A DNA stretch of 64,000 nucleotides from Eledone cirrhosa (taxonomy: Eukaryota), in NCBI GenBank assembly GCA_964016885.1, contig OZ024741.1:304730001-304794000 (forward strand), read 5' to 3'. Numbering within the stretch: the stretch's first letter is position 1; each line of letters starts with the position of its first letter. Both the position numbers and the translations under genes were made by a program. Positions 1-13,943 of the stretch are shown piece by piece. Under the pieces are notes generated by a model. It saw only the letters and a list, made by a program, of their open reading frames with translations, was not told the origin of the DNA and did not search any database.

Positions 1-158
1 CCTACACGTCCCCTTTACAGTGTGGGCTGGGTGCTTTTTTGCCGTGGCACCTCCACGATCACTTTGCAGTGGAATGATAGGGACCCCAGTCCTATCATCT
101 CATTTCTACAGCTGAGTAAACTGTGGAGCAATGTAAAATAAAGTGTCTTGCTCAACAA
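1..158 (-). mobile_element. Partial CORE-type SINE (same family as 43235-43570), cut by window edge
   Basis: Reverse complement matches CORE-like segment (gagcaagacactttattttacattgctcca) and RTE-like 3' segment (gaggtgccacggcaaaaaagcacccagccc) of the copies at 43.2 kb and 50.3 kb. Confidence 0.8.
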
Positions 159-1017
159 CGGCCAGTTTAAATGCTAATGGGTTAAGTTAGCTTTAAATTC
201 AAAATTCTTAACTTGCTCAGCAGTTCTAAAAATAGTCTCTTTGTGGGTACATTGGAAGTGGGGGAAGGGGTGATTCCATGTCAAAAAATGCATATTTTTT
301 TCTGATCTGGAAAAAAAAAAAAAAAAATTCAATAAATAAATTTTAAAAAAAAATCAATGAAATCCAGCACAATATATGGGATTACTAAGATGACAAACCT
401 GACCAAGCATTAATCCAAATGATTAGGGGTTCTTGAAATTTGGGTCAGAATACACACCAAGTGGCCATTTTAAATTTTCTTTCCTTTATAAATTTCAAGG
501 TAATTTCACTATTACTTGACCAATCACTATGAAAAATGGTGCCTGACCCAATTTTCAGGTGAAGGACTCAAACAAAATGTTAAAAATGTACTACTAGCAA
601 TCCATGTTTTTTTTTTTTTTTTTTTTTTTTTTTTTCATTAATAAATATACAGGTGTTCAAATTTCAAGTTTACTAAATCTTGTTGCACAAAATAAACTTT
701 TTCTCAAAGTACTTAACTTGCATTGTAATTTTTTTCTCTTTTTTTTTTAACCCAAGATGGCAGGTAATTGTGCTAATTTCATACAAATAACATTAGCTTG
801 GGTTCTCCCTTTCTTTGAAAGCTATACTACAAACATTTTATATTGCTTTCCCATGAAATGTCTATACTGTGCATCAGGCTTACATAGATGTCATTTCAGC
901 ATCTCAATGAATCTTGAGATATTTGGATGATTTTTTTTTTAAATTGGAATTCAGCTTTATTTTGCATTTTATGTTCAGGACTGATAAATATATCTAAATT
1001 GCATTATCATTTAAAAA

Positions 1018-1200
1018 CGGTGGATTGGCAGTATCGGTAGAGGGTCGGACGCCATGCTTTCCAGCATAGTTACATCCCTTTACGATCTGAGTTCAAATCC
1101 CGCCGAGGTTGACTTTGCCTTTCATCCTTACGGGGTCGATAAAATAAAGTACCAGTAATGCACTGGGTAATTGCTGGCCTTGTGCCTAAAGTAGAAACAA
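1018..1200 (+). mobile_element. tRNA-derived SINE with Nin/Deu-like core
   Basis: A-box-like tggcagtatcggtag, B-box gagttcaaatccc, then core gccgaggttgactttgcctttcatccttacggggtcgataaaataaagtacc; second copy at 3388. Confidence 0.75.
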
Positions 1201-1485
1201 TTATCATTTAAAAACGGTTAACAAGTTACAACTAGCTATTACAAAAGTGAGAAATTGTGGAAATGAAAACTTGAACAAGTAGGAGGCAGTAATTAAGAAA
1301 GTTACTACAATGCTGAAGCTAGCTCCAGATCATCAACCATGAAAGAATAGAGAAAATAAAATAAAGTTGATAACAAAAGCTGGCGATCTTGATTACCTAG
1401 TTTGTGAAATGAAGTAAAAACTCTACATCAACATACTGCCAAAAGCTTCAAATATTGACATTGGCTCCCAAATCATGGTCATTAA

Positions 1486-1691
1486 CCTTTTATCATTTAC
1501 ATTCCTCTATATTTACTATTGTATTTTCATTGTAAAGGCTTTATCTCACATAATATAAAAGCTGCGAGAGTGATGTTATTTATTTTGAGAACAATACCTT
1601 AACATTGGTATGAGTAGCCGATTACAGCTGGTTTGAACAGACAGAGGAGAGAGAATTCTGGCTGGATACGGCCGGTTTAAATGCTAAAGGG
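1486..1691. mobile_element. piggyBac-type MITE inserted into the decayed transposase
   Basis: TTAA on both sides (1482-1485, 1692-1695); terminal inverted repeats ccttttatcattta / taaatgctaaaggg; inverted homologue at 46911-47131. Confidence 0.8.
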
Positions 1692-3387
1692 TTAATGTAT
1701 ACAGCCAAGGAATTTGTAGTGTCCAGGGGTACTATGTGTAAGGCTTGGAACAAAGAGGAATATTGGCTATGCCAGATCTTACTGTTGGAAAGCAATTGAG
1801 TAGTGAAACTAAAACCCCTGTGAGTGTAATGATGAATGCTCACGATTAATACCTGGCAAAAAAGGATTACATAAGTGCCTGTTATGCAACCTTGAAGAGC
1901 TAGATTCACAATTTAAGGCAAAATACCCCAATGTACAGATAAGCTTTTCAACATTCGCATCACTGTGACCAAAGCGGTGCATCATTGGAGGAGCCTCTAG
2001 TACACACACTATGTTTGTATCCATCACCAAAATGTGAAACTTATGTAGCAGGCTTCAAATCTGGACAAAACGTACCATGATTTTATTGACATGATTGATT
2101 GTGACTGTCACAATAGTATTTGTATGATCTATCGTTGTATTAACTTTTTAGAAATGGATAAGTACTGACTGTGCAGACTGGATTTCACAAACATTATCTA
2201 CTTCTGAAATATATCACTATCATGTTCAAATTTAGATACCCTTACAGCTCATTCTTACATTACCAAATCTCAAGCTTCATACTTGTTCTTGAAAGAGAAT
2301 TTAAGTGAAGATGAAATTGTCCTTGGTGATTTTGCAGCAAATTAACAAATTTATTGGGCATGATGAAATTCAAGGGTTTTACTGAAGTAGTTGTCTACAT
2401 TGCACTATTGTTATTTAATATAAACACAACACTGAAATTAAATCAGGTTCATTATGTGTATTATCAGATGATCTTGAACATGTATGTTTTGTTTGGAAAG
2501 TTATGTCTGAATTTTGTTTCCAATATTAAGGAGAATATTTCTATGAACATCAAAATTCATTACTTTTCGGATAGTTGTGCTGCTCAGTACAAGAATGAGA
2601 TATTTCCTTAATTTATGTCACCACCTTGAAGATTTTCAAATCAAATCAAATGCTGGTGGAATGTTTACTGTTACAAGTCACAGGAAGTCCGTTTGCAATG
2701 GAATAAGTGATATTACAAAACAAATAACAGCAAAAATTAATTTCAAGTGATCCAATCCTCTCAACATTCAATATGTTCCAGTTTTGCCAACAAAACATTA
2801 AGTGGCATTAGCTACGTGTTTGTAAACAAAGATGTCATACAAGGTATGAGGTTGACTTCAGAGAAACTTATCTAAAGCACAAACTCTAAGTAGCCAAAGT
2901 TTGCACCAATTTATTCCACTGTTGTATGCATGCATTGTCACTAAAAGAGTTTCTGATGATACATGCTATGCTCAACAGTTTAATTTGGCAGCCAACTATG
3001 TACCCAAAATAAAATTACAGGATATTTGTTGCATACTTTTACAATACACAGAAATTGATTGGGATGGTGTCTGATTTATTAGTTAAATTCAAGCACCCTT
3101 CATACCCAAGTAATTCTTTCATGGCTAAGACATGAAGTTCTAAGTTGAGTTCCCATTACAAATATAATTTCTACCATAAAGTCACTATCACTTTCTTCGT
3201 CTGTATGCCAATATTTTCTAGATGTCCATAATTCAAATCACAGACAGTATTGGCTAATAATCAAACTATGCACAATTATTCTTATGCTTGAAACAATTTT
3301 CTGCACCAAATTGAAGAGATATGTTTTTGTTTTATTTTTCTATACATACTTGTATATACATTTACTGATATGTTATATTGGTGTCAT

Positions 3388-3597
3388 TGGTGGATTGGGA
3401 GTATCTGTAGAGTGTCAGACAATATGCTTTGCAGCAAATAGTTAAGGCCCTTTATGTTCTGAGCTCAAATTCAGCCAAGGCTGGGTATGCCTTTCATCCT
3501 GACGGGGTAAAAAAACTAAAGCACCAGTAACGCACCGAGGTCGATTTAATTGACTTTCTCCTTCCGTCAGATTGCTGGCCTTGTGTGAAATATAGAA
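3388..3597 (+). mobile_element. tRNA-derived SINE with Nin/Deu-like core (second copy)
   Basis: Colinear similarity to 1018-1200 (ggtggattgg...gcctttcatcctgacggggt...gctggccttgtg). Confidence 0.7.
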
Positions 3598-4339
3598 ATA
3601 ACTATTATGCAAATTGAAGTATCAGTATTAAACAAAATAATTTACCTCGATTAAGTAGATAATTTAAGCATAAAACGCTTATTTTGATATAATTGAGCAT
3701 TTTGGAGATGAATGATGTGTTAAGCAAGAAAAGGTTAGCGATATATTAAAGTAGGATTTACTCAAAATCACTAATGGTTAACACCTAATATATAATGAAG
3801 CATAAGAGAACCCAAGACAATTTTTGCATGGATTAAAGTACAACTAAGTATGTTTCAATTAATATACAATTAACCATCATTGAACTAGGATATCAAGAGA
3901 AATTTTTCAAGTCAGCCAGTCAGTTCTTAAGATTTCAAATTTGTCATTTTATGAATTATTAAAAAAAAAAAAAAAAAATATTGGTTTCGCCTTATGATAT
4001 TTTTAATAACATTTTTAAATTCCTTACATCAAAATTGGGTTGGGTACCAAATTTCAATGATTCGATATGAAGAACTTGAGATTTTGAGAAATTGGTATGT
4101 TTGTGGAAATTCAATATGTCCACCATAGCCAGAATAAGGTGATTTCAAGTGAAATTTTGAGATGTAATTATCTTGGAACGAAACATGGTATTTTTTTTAA
4201 TTTTTTTTTTTTTAAGTCCAGATTTCATCAAATTACAATGACACTGGTGTCAGACCCTGTCCACATTGCTGTGTGGCCCTTGCTTGTTGGGAAAACGGAT
4301 GACAAAACTGATTCCATCAGGGAAATGGCCATGTTCCAG

Positions 4340-5030
4340 ATGTAGAAAAGGAGTTGGCATAAATTCTATAGAATGTACACAATGCAGATCTTGAGTACAC
4401 AAAAGGTGTAGTGGGATAGCGGGCAAATTAACAGGTTGGGAAAACTACATATGCAGTAAATGTTCATGAAAATTTGATAGTAGAAATGGCTGTGATAGAC
4501 ACATTTTTCAAATGCAGGTAGGATCTATAGAGGTGGTTGATAGCTTCCGATACCTAGGTGATCAGATTAGCAAGGGGGGGAGGGTGCTTCGAGGCCATAG
4601 TATCTAGAAAAAGGTTGGAAGAAGTTTAGAGAGCTGCTTCCTCTGTTGACAAAGATGTGTTTCTCCCTTCAAACGAAAGGCCGATTATATGATGCCCATG
4701 GGAGATGTGTGAGGCTGCATGATAGTAAGACATAGGCAGCAACTGTGAAGGATATGCGACGGTTGGAGAGAAACTGTGTATAAGAGGGATAAACTGTAGT
4801 GTGCGGGAGAGATGTGATGTGCATGGAGGATGACCACTGGGTAAAGAAGTGCCAAGAAATCCCAGTAGAAGAAACAGTAGAGGAAAACCAAGAAAATCAT
4901 GGGTGGAGGTGGTGAGAGCTGATCACAGAGGAAATGACAAAGGGCCGTGACGAATGGAGAGATGTTGTGATGAAAAAAAAGGACCCGTCCCACCCTTGCA
5001 AGCAAGGAAAAGCGGACATAAAATGATGAC
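4340..5030 (+). pseudogene. Old degraded RTE LINE 3' fragment
   Basis: [29 protein letters not shown] and KGRLYDA remnants with stops and frameshifts; ends acccgtcccacccttgcaagc...aaaatgatgac. Confidence 0.8.
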
Positions 5031-5047
5031 TAAAACTATTAATTCAT

Positions 5048-5085
<38 letters not shown>

Positions 5086-5086
<1 letters not shown>

Positions 5087-6490
5087 CTTCTGTTGCCATT
5101 GACCCCTCCCACTGCTCACTCATCACCTCCGCCTTCTTCAAAGTTACTGACTCCCACTACTACCTCGACTTTACCTCATCCCACCCCACTTCTCCGAATC
5201 CGCGATGCGGACTTTGAAACCCAGGCCCTTTCTCTGGACTCATTTCACTCGGAGAAGTTACCACCTCCCCCTTCCCCTCACCTACCACCCCGCCCTCCAA
5301 CAGACCATTCTACCCCCCCCCCCCCGTCTTCTCACTCCCACTCTTTCAAGTGTGCACCTCTCCCGTTGCCACACATACCCTCACATCAACACCGCTACCT
5401 TCCAGGAGCCCAATGGCCACTCCTTCCATGTCTAGCACCCCTTTCGCTGCACTTCCTTCAGCTTTGTCTACAGACTGCTGCACAGAGTGCGGTGCGACCT
5501 ATGTCTGACAGACGGCATGCCGTTTGGCCAACTGGTTCGCCGCGACATCCGCCTCAGCTGGTCAACCTGTACTTTGGAACCCTAGATTCTTGAGTTGGCC
5601 TGAGCAACAGACAATTTTCCGACTTCAGACCTAGACCACCATAGGTTTGAATTCCCCACCCTTCTTCCTTTAGTCCCCCTACCAACTGATACCACTAACT
5701 TTATTAACCCACCACCTCTTCTCTCCCCTAATACACTAACCTCTCCCATCACCACCTACTCGCACTTCTCTTCCCTTCGTCCCTACTAACGTCACTAACC
5801 TCTACCCACACCTCGTCACCCTAACAACTAATCCTACCCCTACCATCCATTACCCTCTAACCTACTAATAACCACACATACACACCTACCCCCTGGATTT
5901 TTACCATCCACACACAAAACTACGCACCTTGCACTAACCCACAACACCCTGTTACATACCACGCATGTGTTTGTACTTGCCATCTAACTTACACTCCGGA
6001 TTCAACACGTTCTCATCTCATCTGGACCCCTCCATCCACACACACCAACATAGGAACATATACACCATTCCCACACACAATGCCTTTTCAGAACAAACCT
6101 TCACATACACTAGCTTCCTTTCAGACATCTACACATACCTTACCTCCCGCCATCTCCTCCTGGACTGAGTATTTTGCTTCCTCCTCCACCTACACACTAC
6201 CACACCCTTGCCATCCTAGCTCAGACATATACCCCTCCTACCCCCTTTATTTTTATTTGTTTTTAATTTTGTTTTTTCTCTTCATATTGTGTTCTTTACT
6301 TTGTAACTTCCCTCCTTATTCCCTCTTGGAGTTCCTGTTCTCCTCCTATCCAAAGTTTCCTTATGAAGGACGTAAGTCCGAAACATTGAAACCTCCTCCA
6401 CTTCCACCAAGCATGAACTCATTTCAACTACACACACACATACACCACACTGCAAAGAAAATATGAAGTATTTACAATTTACTTTGTGGA
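5086..6490 (+). mobile_element. Degraded Penelope-like element (RT C-terminus, endonuclease remnant, 3' region)
   Basis: TDSHYYLDFTSSHP motif (5146-5187) typical of the PLE RT thumb; C-rich 3' region; decayed hammerhead motif at 6355-6392. Confidence 0.6.
6355..6392 (+). ncRNA. Degenerate minimal hammerhead ribozyme of the PLE
   Basis: gtttc-CTTATGA-a-ggac gtaa gtcc-GAAAc-att-gaaac: stems I and II intact, core CUGAUGA mutated to CUUAUGA. Confidence 0.5.
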
Positions 6491-6656
6491 ACATTTAAAT
6501 GTTTTATTGACTTAACAGTTCCACATTTAAGCAGTAAACATACAGCAGTTGTTGACATCACAAGTGGTACATAAATAAATCAATAAAAAATAGACAGCAA
6601 TAAATCAGTCAATATATCAAAGAAATAACTGCCTTAGACAAGTAGTGCAAAATACC

Positions 6657-6855
6657 TTAATCCTTTGATACCAACCCACCCAATACTGCATCAAGTTCTA
6701 TAAAACAAACTGAAAATTAAAATCAGCATTATTTAATATAAGAACCTTCTGTTAAATTACAAATACCATCTTAATAAAGAATTAATTTTTTATTAATTCC
6801 TCCCCAATCAAATACTGTGTATTTTCATTAAAAATGTGGCAACAAAAAGATTAAA
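6657..6855. mobile_element. TTAA-flanked MITE, second family (CCTTTGATACC...GGYAACAAAAG); related copies near 47451-47626 and 63414-63637
   Basis: ttaatcctttgataccaaccc ... ggcaacaaaaagattaa; similar termini at the other positions. Confidence 0.5.
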
Positions 6856-7300
6856 TAAGCTGAAACATTCAAATACATGTAAGGCAGATAGTAGCACCTA
6901 AGCAATACAATCTTAGTTCATCTAAGAAAGATATTTAATCACAGTGCACAATAACGTAACATAGTTGGGACAAAATTATTATTTTGTCCCAACTATCTAT
7001 TAAAATTGTGCATTCCCAGTAATTAAATATATTGCTTTGATGAACTAAAATCGTATAGCCAAATATCATGTGTTTAGGGATTATGGGGTTTGTCTTAGTT
7101 CTAGTATAGACATTTAGGCCATGATTGGCTTTGTTTTTATGAATGTGTTTTTTTCTTATATCATCTAGATGTTTTGTTTATAGTTGGTTTTGTTTTCTGG
7201 ATGTATCATTTGTGTATAGGGCATTCAATGATGGCTTGCATTTGTTCTGGGTGTGCCTGTGTTCGGATTTGTATGTTTGATGGTCCTACTTGCTTGTTTG

Positions 7301-7477
7301 CATACATACACACACACATATATATATACATACACACACATACATATATATATATACATATATATACACACATACATATATACATATATATACATACATA
7401 CATACATATATATACACATACACACATATATACACATATATACATACATATATACATATATATACACATATATACAC

Positions 7478-7520
<43 letters not shown>

Positions 7521-7530
7521 CATATATATA
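7301..7530. repeat. Mixed (TA)/(CA) microsatellite
   Basis: Direct reading. Confidence 0.95.
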
Positions 7531-9247
7531 GACAGGCATGGAAAGAATGGAAGAACGGGGGGAGCAGGGTACATTACATAGAGACCAAGAGGGAAGCTAG
7601 GCGACAAGTATACTTAGCTAGGAGGGAAGCAGAGGATAGAAAATTCAAGCATGTTTTACAACGCGAGGACCAGAAACAGGAGGTATTCAAGATTGCGAGG
7701 CAGTGTGTCAGAGATAGTTGTGATGTCATTGGAGAGAAGTGTATCCGGAATGATAAAGGTGAGCTTGCCCTCACAAGTGCTGAGAAGAAAGATGCATGGA
7801 AGAGTCATTATGATAGATTACTAAATGAGGAGAATGCATGGGAAGAAGAGACCCTACCCCACGTAGACCCTATAAAGGGACCAGCAGTACAAGTCAGCGG
7901 CAGCGTAGTAAGTAAGGCAATCAGAGATATGAAGATAGGGAAGGCAACCGGTCCATCGGGTATAGCTGCCGAGATGCTGAAGGCATCTGGGTCTGTAGGT
8001 CACACTATAACCACATGTATCGTTAACCAGGTAATACTAGAAGGGGCCATACCAAAAGATTGGTGCAGTAGCATCATTGTCAACTGCTACAAAGGTAAAG
8101 GCGATGCACTAGATAGAGGAAACTATAGAGGTATAAAGTTGATGGACCAGGTCATGAAAGTAACAGAAAGAGTTATAGCACAGCTGATTAGGGACCGGGT
8201 GAATATAGACGAGATGCAATTTGGGTTTGTACCAGGGAAAGGCACCACTGATGCCCTCTTCCTTGTGAGGCAATTACAGGAAAAGTACCTAGCTAAAAGT
8301 AAGCCACTCTACTTGGCATTTGTCGACCTTGAGAAAGCCTTTGACAGAGTTCCACGTGCAGTAATCTGGTGGGCTCTTAGAAAACTAGGAGTAGATGAAT
8401 GGCTTGTGCAAGCGGTACAAGCCATGTATAGGGGAGCAGTCAGCAAAGTTAGGATTAGCAATGAGTATAGCGAGGAATTTAGCATACAGGTTGGGGTCCA
8501 CCAGGGCTCTGTTCTTAGCCCTCTCCTGTTCATCATAGTCCTGCAGGCAATAACGGAGGAGTTTAAGACCGGATGCCCATGGGAACTCCTGTATGCTGAT
8601 GACCTCGCACTCATAGCTGAATCTATGGTAGAACTAGAGAATAAATTCCAAACCTGGAAGCAGGGACTAGAGAGAAAGGGCCTCAAAGTCAACATGACAA
8701 AGACTAAGGTCCTTGTAAGTAGACGAGAAAACAGAACCCAGATCCCCTCAGGGAAATGGCCTTGCTCAGTATGTAGGAAAGGTGTAGGTAGGAACTCCAT
8801 TCTCTGCCCCAAATGCAAACAATGGGTACACAAGAGATGTAGCGGGATCTCAGGAAGCTTAATTAAGAATGTAGGATTCACATGCAGCAGCTGTGCTGAA
8901 ACAGCAAGCAAACAGCCACAGGAAACAAGTACCACCAATCTCTGGGAGGGCCCTGTAGAAACAGTAGACAGCTTCTGCTACCTAGGTGACCGAATTAGCA
9001 ACGGAGGTGGGTGCTCAGAAAGTATAATAACTAGGGTAAGAACGGGATGGAAGAAGTTTAGGGAACTACTACCACTGCTAGCTGCAAAAGGCTTCTCCCT
9101 CAGAATGAAAGGCAGACTGTATGATGCGTGTATCCGAACAGCGATGTTGCATGGTAGTGAGACCTGGGCGCTGAAGGTGGAAGACTTACGTAGATTAGAG
9201 AGAGAGAAACGAAGCCTGCATGCTCCGATGGATGTGTAACAGTAATA
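7531..9247 (+). mobile_element. RTE LINE subfamily B, 5'- and 3'-truncated (RT domain with PHD insert)
   Basis: ORF 7290-9239 non-repeat part: [39 protein letters not shown]; (GA) slip frameshift near 9200. Confidence 0.95.
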
Positions 9248-9249
9248 GG

Positions 9250-9967
9250 TGAGGCAAGAGTGATTGTCTTGCTCGCATAGGACTGTCTGGCAGGTTTTCT
9301 ACAGTTGGATGCCCTTCCTAACACCAACCACATTTACAGTGTGGGTCTGGGAGGTTTTTACCGTGTTGCCTACACGGCCACATTACAGCGTGGACTGTGT
9401 GTTTTTTTGTCGTGACACCTACATGATCTCATTTGTTTCGGCCTGGATGGTGTGGCACCAACATAACTTTACATAGAAGGGGGCGGTGTGGATGGGGTGG
9501 GGGTGGGACGGGGGTGTATTTTGTTAGAGATGTCTGACTGTAGTAGGTTTTACTTTGTATTTAGGTAAGGCGGGTCTTCTCTATTACTGAGTACCGCCAA
9601 AGGTCTCGGTCCAATGACATTGTCTTGGTGAGGTGTAGGTGTGTGAGGTCGGAGTTTATCAGCTCGTCCCAGGTTTTTCTGGGTCTGCCTATTCCGTGGC
9701 TACCGTCTATCTTTATTGCCCTGCACTTTGTTATACAGCTATCGTCCTTCATGCGCATCACGTGACCATACCAACGTAGCCTTCTCTCTAGTAAACAACA
9801 TCTGATCCCTCTTATTTCTAATTTTTTCCTTAGTTCGTTTATGCTTTGTCGTTCACGTATATTACTATTACACATCCAGCGGAGCATGCAAGCTTCGTTT
9901 CTCTCTAGTCTGCGTATATCCTCTGCACACAATGCCCAGGTCTCACTGCGATGCAACATTGCTGTTT
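9250..9967 (-). mobile_element. RTE LINE subfamily A 3' fragment lacking the last ~60 nt and the tail
   Basis: ORF 9561-9959 matches the C-terminus of the full-length copy; 3'UTR stops at tcactcttgcctca. Confidence 0.92.
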
Positions 9968-10710
9968 ACATATATATACATATATACACATACACATATA
10001 CATATATATACATATACATATACATACATATACATATACATATATATACATATACACATACATATATATACACATACATATATACATACATATATACATA
10101 TATACATACACATACACATATATATATACACATACATACATATATATATACACATACATATATATATATACACATACATATATATATATACACATACATA
10201 TATATATATACACATACACATACATATACACATACATATATACACATATATATATATACACATACATATATATATATACACATACACATACATATACACA
10301 TACATATATACACATATATATATATACACATACATATATATATATACACATACATATATATACACATACATATATATACACATACATATATATACACATA
10401 CATATATATACACATACATATATATACACATACATATATATACACATACATACATATACACATACATATATATACACATACATACATATACACATACATA
10501 CATATACACATACATACATATACATACACATACATATATATACACATACATATATATACACATACATATATATACACATACATATATATACATATATATA
10601 CACATACATATATACATATATATACACATATATATAAATATATATACACATACATATATACATATATATAGATATATATATATATACACATACATATATA
10701 CATTCATTCA
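9968..10710. repeat. Mixed (TA)/(CA) microsatellite
   Basis: Direct reading. Confidence 0.95.
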
Positions 10711-10860
10711 TTCATCAACTACTGTCGAGATGACGGATCTGACTCTCATGCCCCAGAATTCAGGAACCCTGGTGCAGTTAGTTGCGAAATCCATCATCTT
10801 TTCAAATAGCTAATAATGTGTGTGGGCGCCACTACTACACACATACATATATACATATAC

Positions 10861-11630
10861 AGTGTCAAAATGGATACGTGACCTAGGCATAGACATGAGC
10901 GATGATGCATCTTTTTCTTCACACATCATGAAAGTGGCGACAATGTGCAGACGACTCGCTGGCTGGATCTTGAGGACTTTCCGGACAAGAGATCGAGACA
11001 CCATGTAGACACTATGGAGGACATTTGTCCTAAGCTGCCTGGACTACTGCTCCCAGTTGTGGTCACCTCATAGTATCAAACTAACCACGGAGCTTGAGGC
11101 AATCCAGCGAAGCTACACCAAGAGGATTGCCAAGATGAGGGAGACAAGCTACTGGGAGAGGCTAAAGGAACTGAACCTCTACTCCTTGGAGCGAAGACAG
11201 GAGTGATACGCAGTAATCTACATGTGGAAAATCCTGGAGGGACTAGCACCAAACTTTGGCATTGGGAGCTGGACCAACCGTCGAACAGGACGTCACTGTG
11301 TGGTGCCAAAGGTCCTGTCTTCCACATCTAGAATAAGGAGCAGGTATTGCAATAGCCTGGGATTCAAGGGCCCTCAACTCTTCAACGGCTGCGAGGGATC
11401 TGAGAGATTTGCATGACTTGGAGGTGGATGTCTTTAAGAAACATCTCGACACCTGTTATCCAGGGACCGGAGGAGCCCACAAAGGGGACACAGAGGGAAC
11501 AAGGGCAGCAACAAACTCCTCTTACACCAGTGGCAACCTATACAGGCTGGAGAATGTAGTAGAAACAAGCTGAGTGTGTTTTGGGTATTATTTAGGGATG
11601 GCTGAAACGGGTAAAAGAGTAAAAGAGTAA
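10861..11630 (+). mobile_element. CR1/L2-group LINE 3' fragment, degraded
   Basis: IRDLGIDMSDD, GWILRTF, LDYCSQLWSP, LEAIQR, SYWERLKELNLYSLERR motifs with stops; (AAAGAGTA)-like tail at ~11613-11630. Confidence 0.88.
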
Positions 11631-12163
11631 TATATACACACATATATATATATATATACACATACAAATATACATATACATACACATATACATACACATA
11701 TACATACATATATACGTATATATATATATACACATACACATATACACATATATATATACATATATATATATACATATATATATATACATATATATATATA
11801 CATATATATATATACATATATATATATACATACACACATACATACATACATATACATACATAAACATATATATATATACATACATACACACATATACATA
11901 CATAAACATATATATATATACATACATAAACATATATATACACATACATATACATATATATACACATACATATACACATACATATATACATATATATACA
12001 TATATATATATATATACATATATACATATATATACATATATATATATATATACATATATACATATATATATATATATACACATACATATATACATATATA
12101 TATATATACACATACATATATACATATATACACATACATATATATACACATACATATATATAC

Positions 12164-12194
<31 letters not shown>

Positions 12195-12195
12195 C

Positions 12196-12226
<31 letters not shown>

Positions 12227-12565
12227 CACATACATATATACATATATATATATATACACATACATATATACATATATATATACATACACATACATATATA
12301 CATATATATATACATACACATACATATATACACATATATATATATACATACACATACATATATACAGATATATATATATCCCCACATACATACATACATA
12401 TATATATATATACCCACATACATACATACATATATATATCCACATACATACATACATATATATATCCACATACATACATACATATATATATATATACCCA
12501 CATACATACATACATATATATATATATATCCACATACATACATACATATATATATATATATCCAC

Positions 12566-12597
<32 letters not shown>

Positions 12598-12738
12598 CCA
12601 CATACATACATACATATATATATACACATACATACATACATATATATATACACATACATACATATATATACACATACATACATACATATATATATACACA
12701 TACATATATATATACACATACATACATACATATATATA
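11631..12738. repeat. Mixed (TA)/(CA) microsatellite with TACA and TCCA variant units
   Basis: Direct reading. Confidence 0.95.
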
Positions 12739-13143
12739 TGGTGGCTGCCAACTCGTTTTCGAGTACGGCCACTACTTTATATCCATGTAGGAGAACCCCT
12801 ACCGATGCGCTGAACGAGTGTGACTTTTTAGTCTCAGCCAGCGACTTGAAAACTGGTACAAACACTACACTTGTGACAATTATTGACACATAGTGCTGGG
12901 CCCATGGTACCATGTGACGACAAGTGCAGAGAGATCTCCAGATATAAAGCAATGCCTGTGCCGTGAAGCTTTTATAGTGAGCAAAGGCACTGCACAAAGC
13001 CAGTCCCACTCTCTTAACCAAGATGATATTTACCAAAAAGAAGAACAAGTCAACATCATTGGATACCATCAGGGTTGCAGGTGTTATATCAGAGTTTTCC
13101 TTCTCCTAGAATTCTGCCTTGACAAAGGCTAAGGGGTCATCTC

Positions 13144-13231
13144 ATATATATATCCACATACATACATACATACATATATATATATATATCCACATACACA
13201 TACATATATACAAATATACACATACATATAT

Positions 13232-13262
<31 letters not shown>

Positions 13263-13277
13263 CACACACATACATAC

Positions 13278-13310
<33 letters not shown>

Positions 13311-13943
13311 TATATATATACACACACACACATACATACATATACACACACATACATACATATATATATATACACACACATACATACATATATATATATA
13401 CACACATACATACATATATATATATACACACACATACATACATATATATATATACACACACATACATACATATATATATATACACATACATACATATATA
13501 TATATACACATACATATATATATATATATACATACATACATATATATATATATACATACATATATATATATATATACATACATATATATATATATATACA
13601 TACATATATATATATATATACATACATATATATATATATATACATACATACATATATATATATACATACATACATATATATATATACATACATATATATA
13701 TACATACATATATATATATACATACATATATATATATACATACATATATATATATATATACATACATATATATATATACATATATATATATACATACATA
13801 TATATATATACATACATATATATATATACATACATATATATATATACATACATATATATATATACATACATATATATATATACATACATATATATATATA
13901 CATACATATATATATATACATACATACATATATATATATATAT
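13144..13943. repeat. Mixed (TA)/(CA) microsatellite
   Basis: Direct reading. Confidence 0.95.

Larger units (their letters stand above)
267..4240 (+). mobile_element. Decayed DNA transposon, probably Sola2-like, with long degenerate TIRs
   Basis: Broken transposase motifs on +: ILTLAPKSW (~1454), LLCNLEEL..FKAKYPNVQISFSTFASL (~1880-1965), LDTLTAHSYITKSQA, DEIQGF, IHYFSDSCAAQYKN (~2555-2595), TSHRKSVCNGI (~2673-2705). Inverted similarity between ~350-600 and ~3990-4240 (tgcctgacccaattttcaggtgaagga vs tccttacatcaaaattgggttgggta). Superfamily assignment is from motif recall only. Confidence 0.6.
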
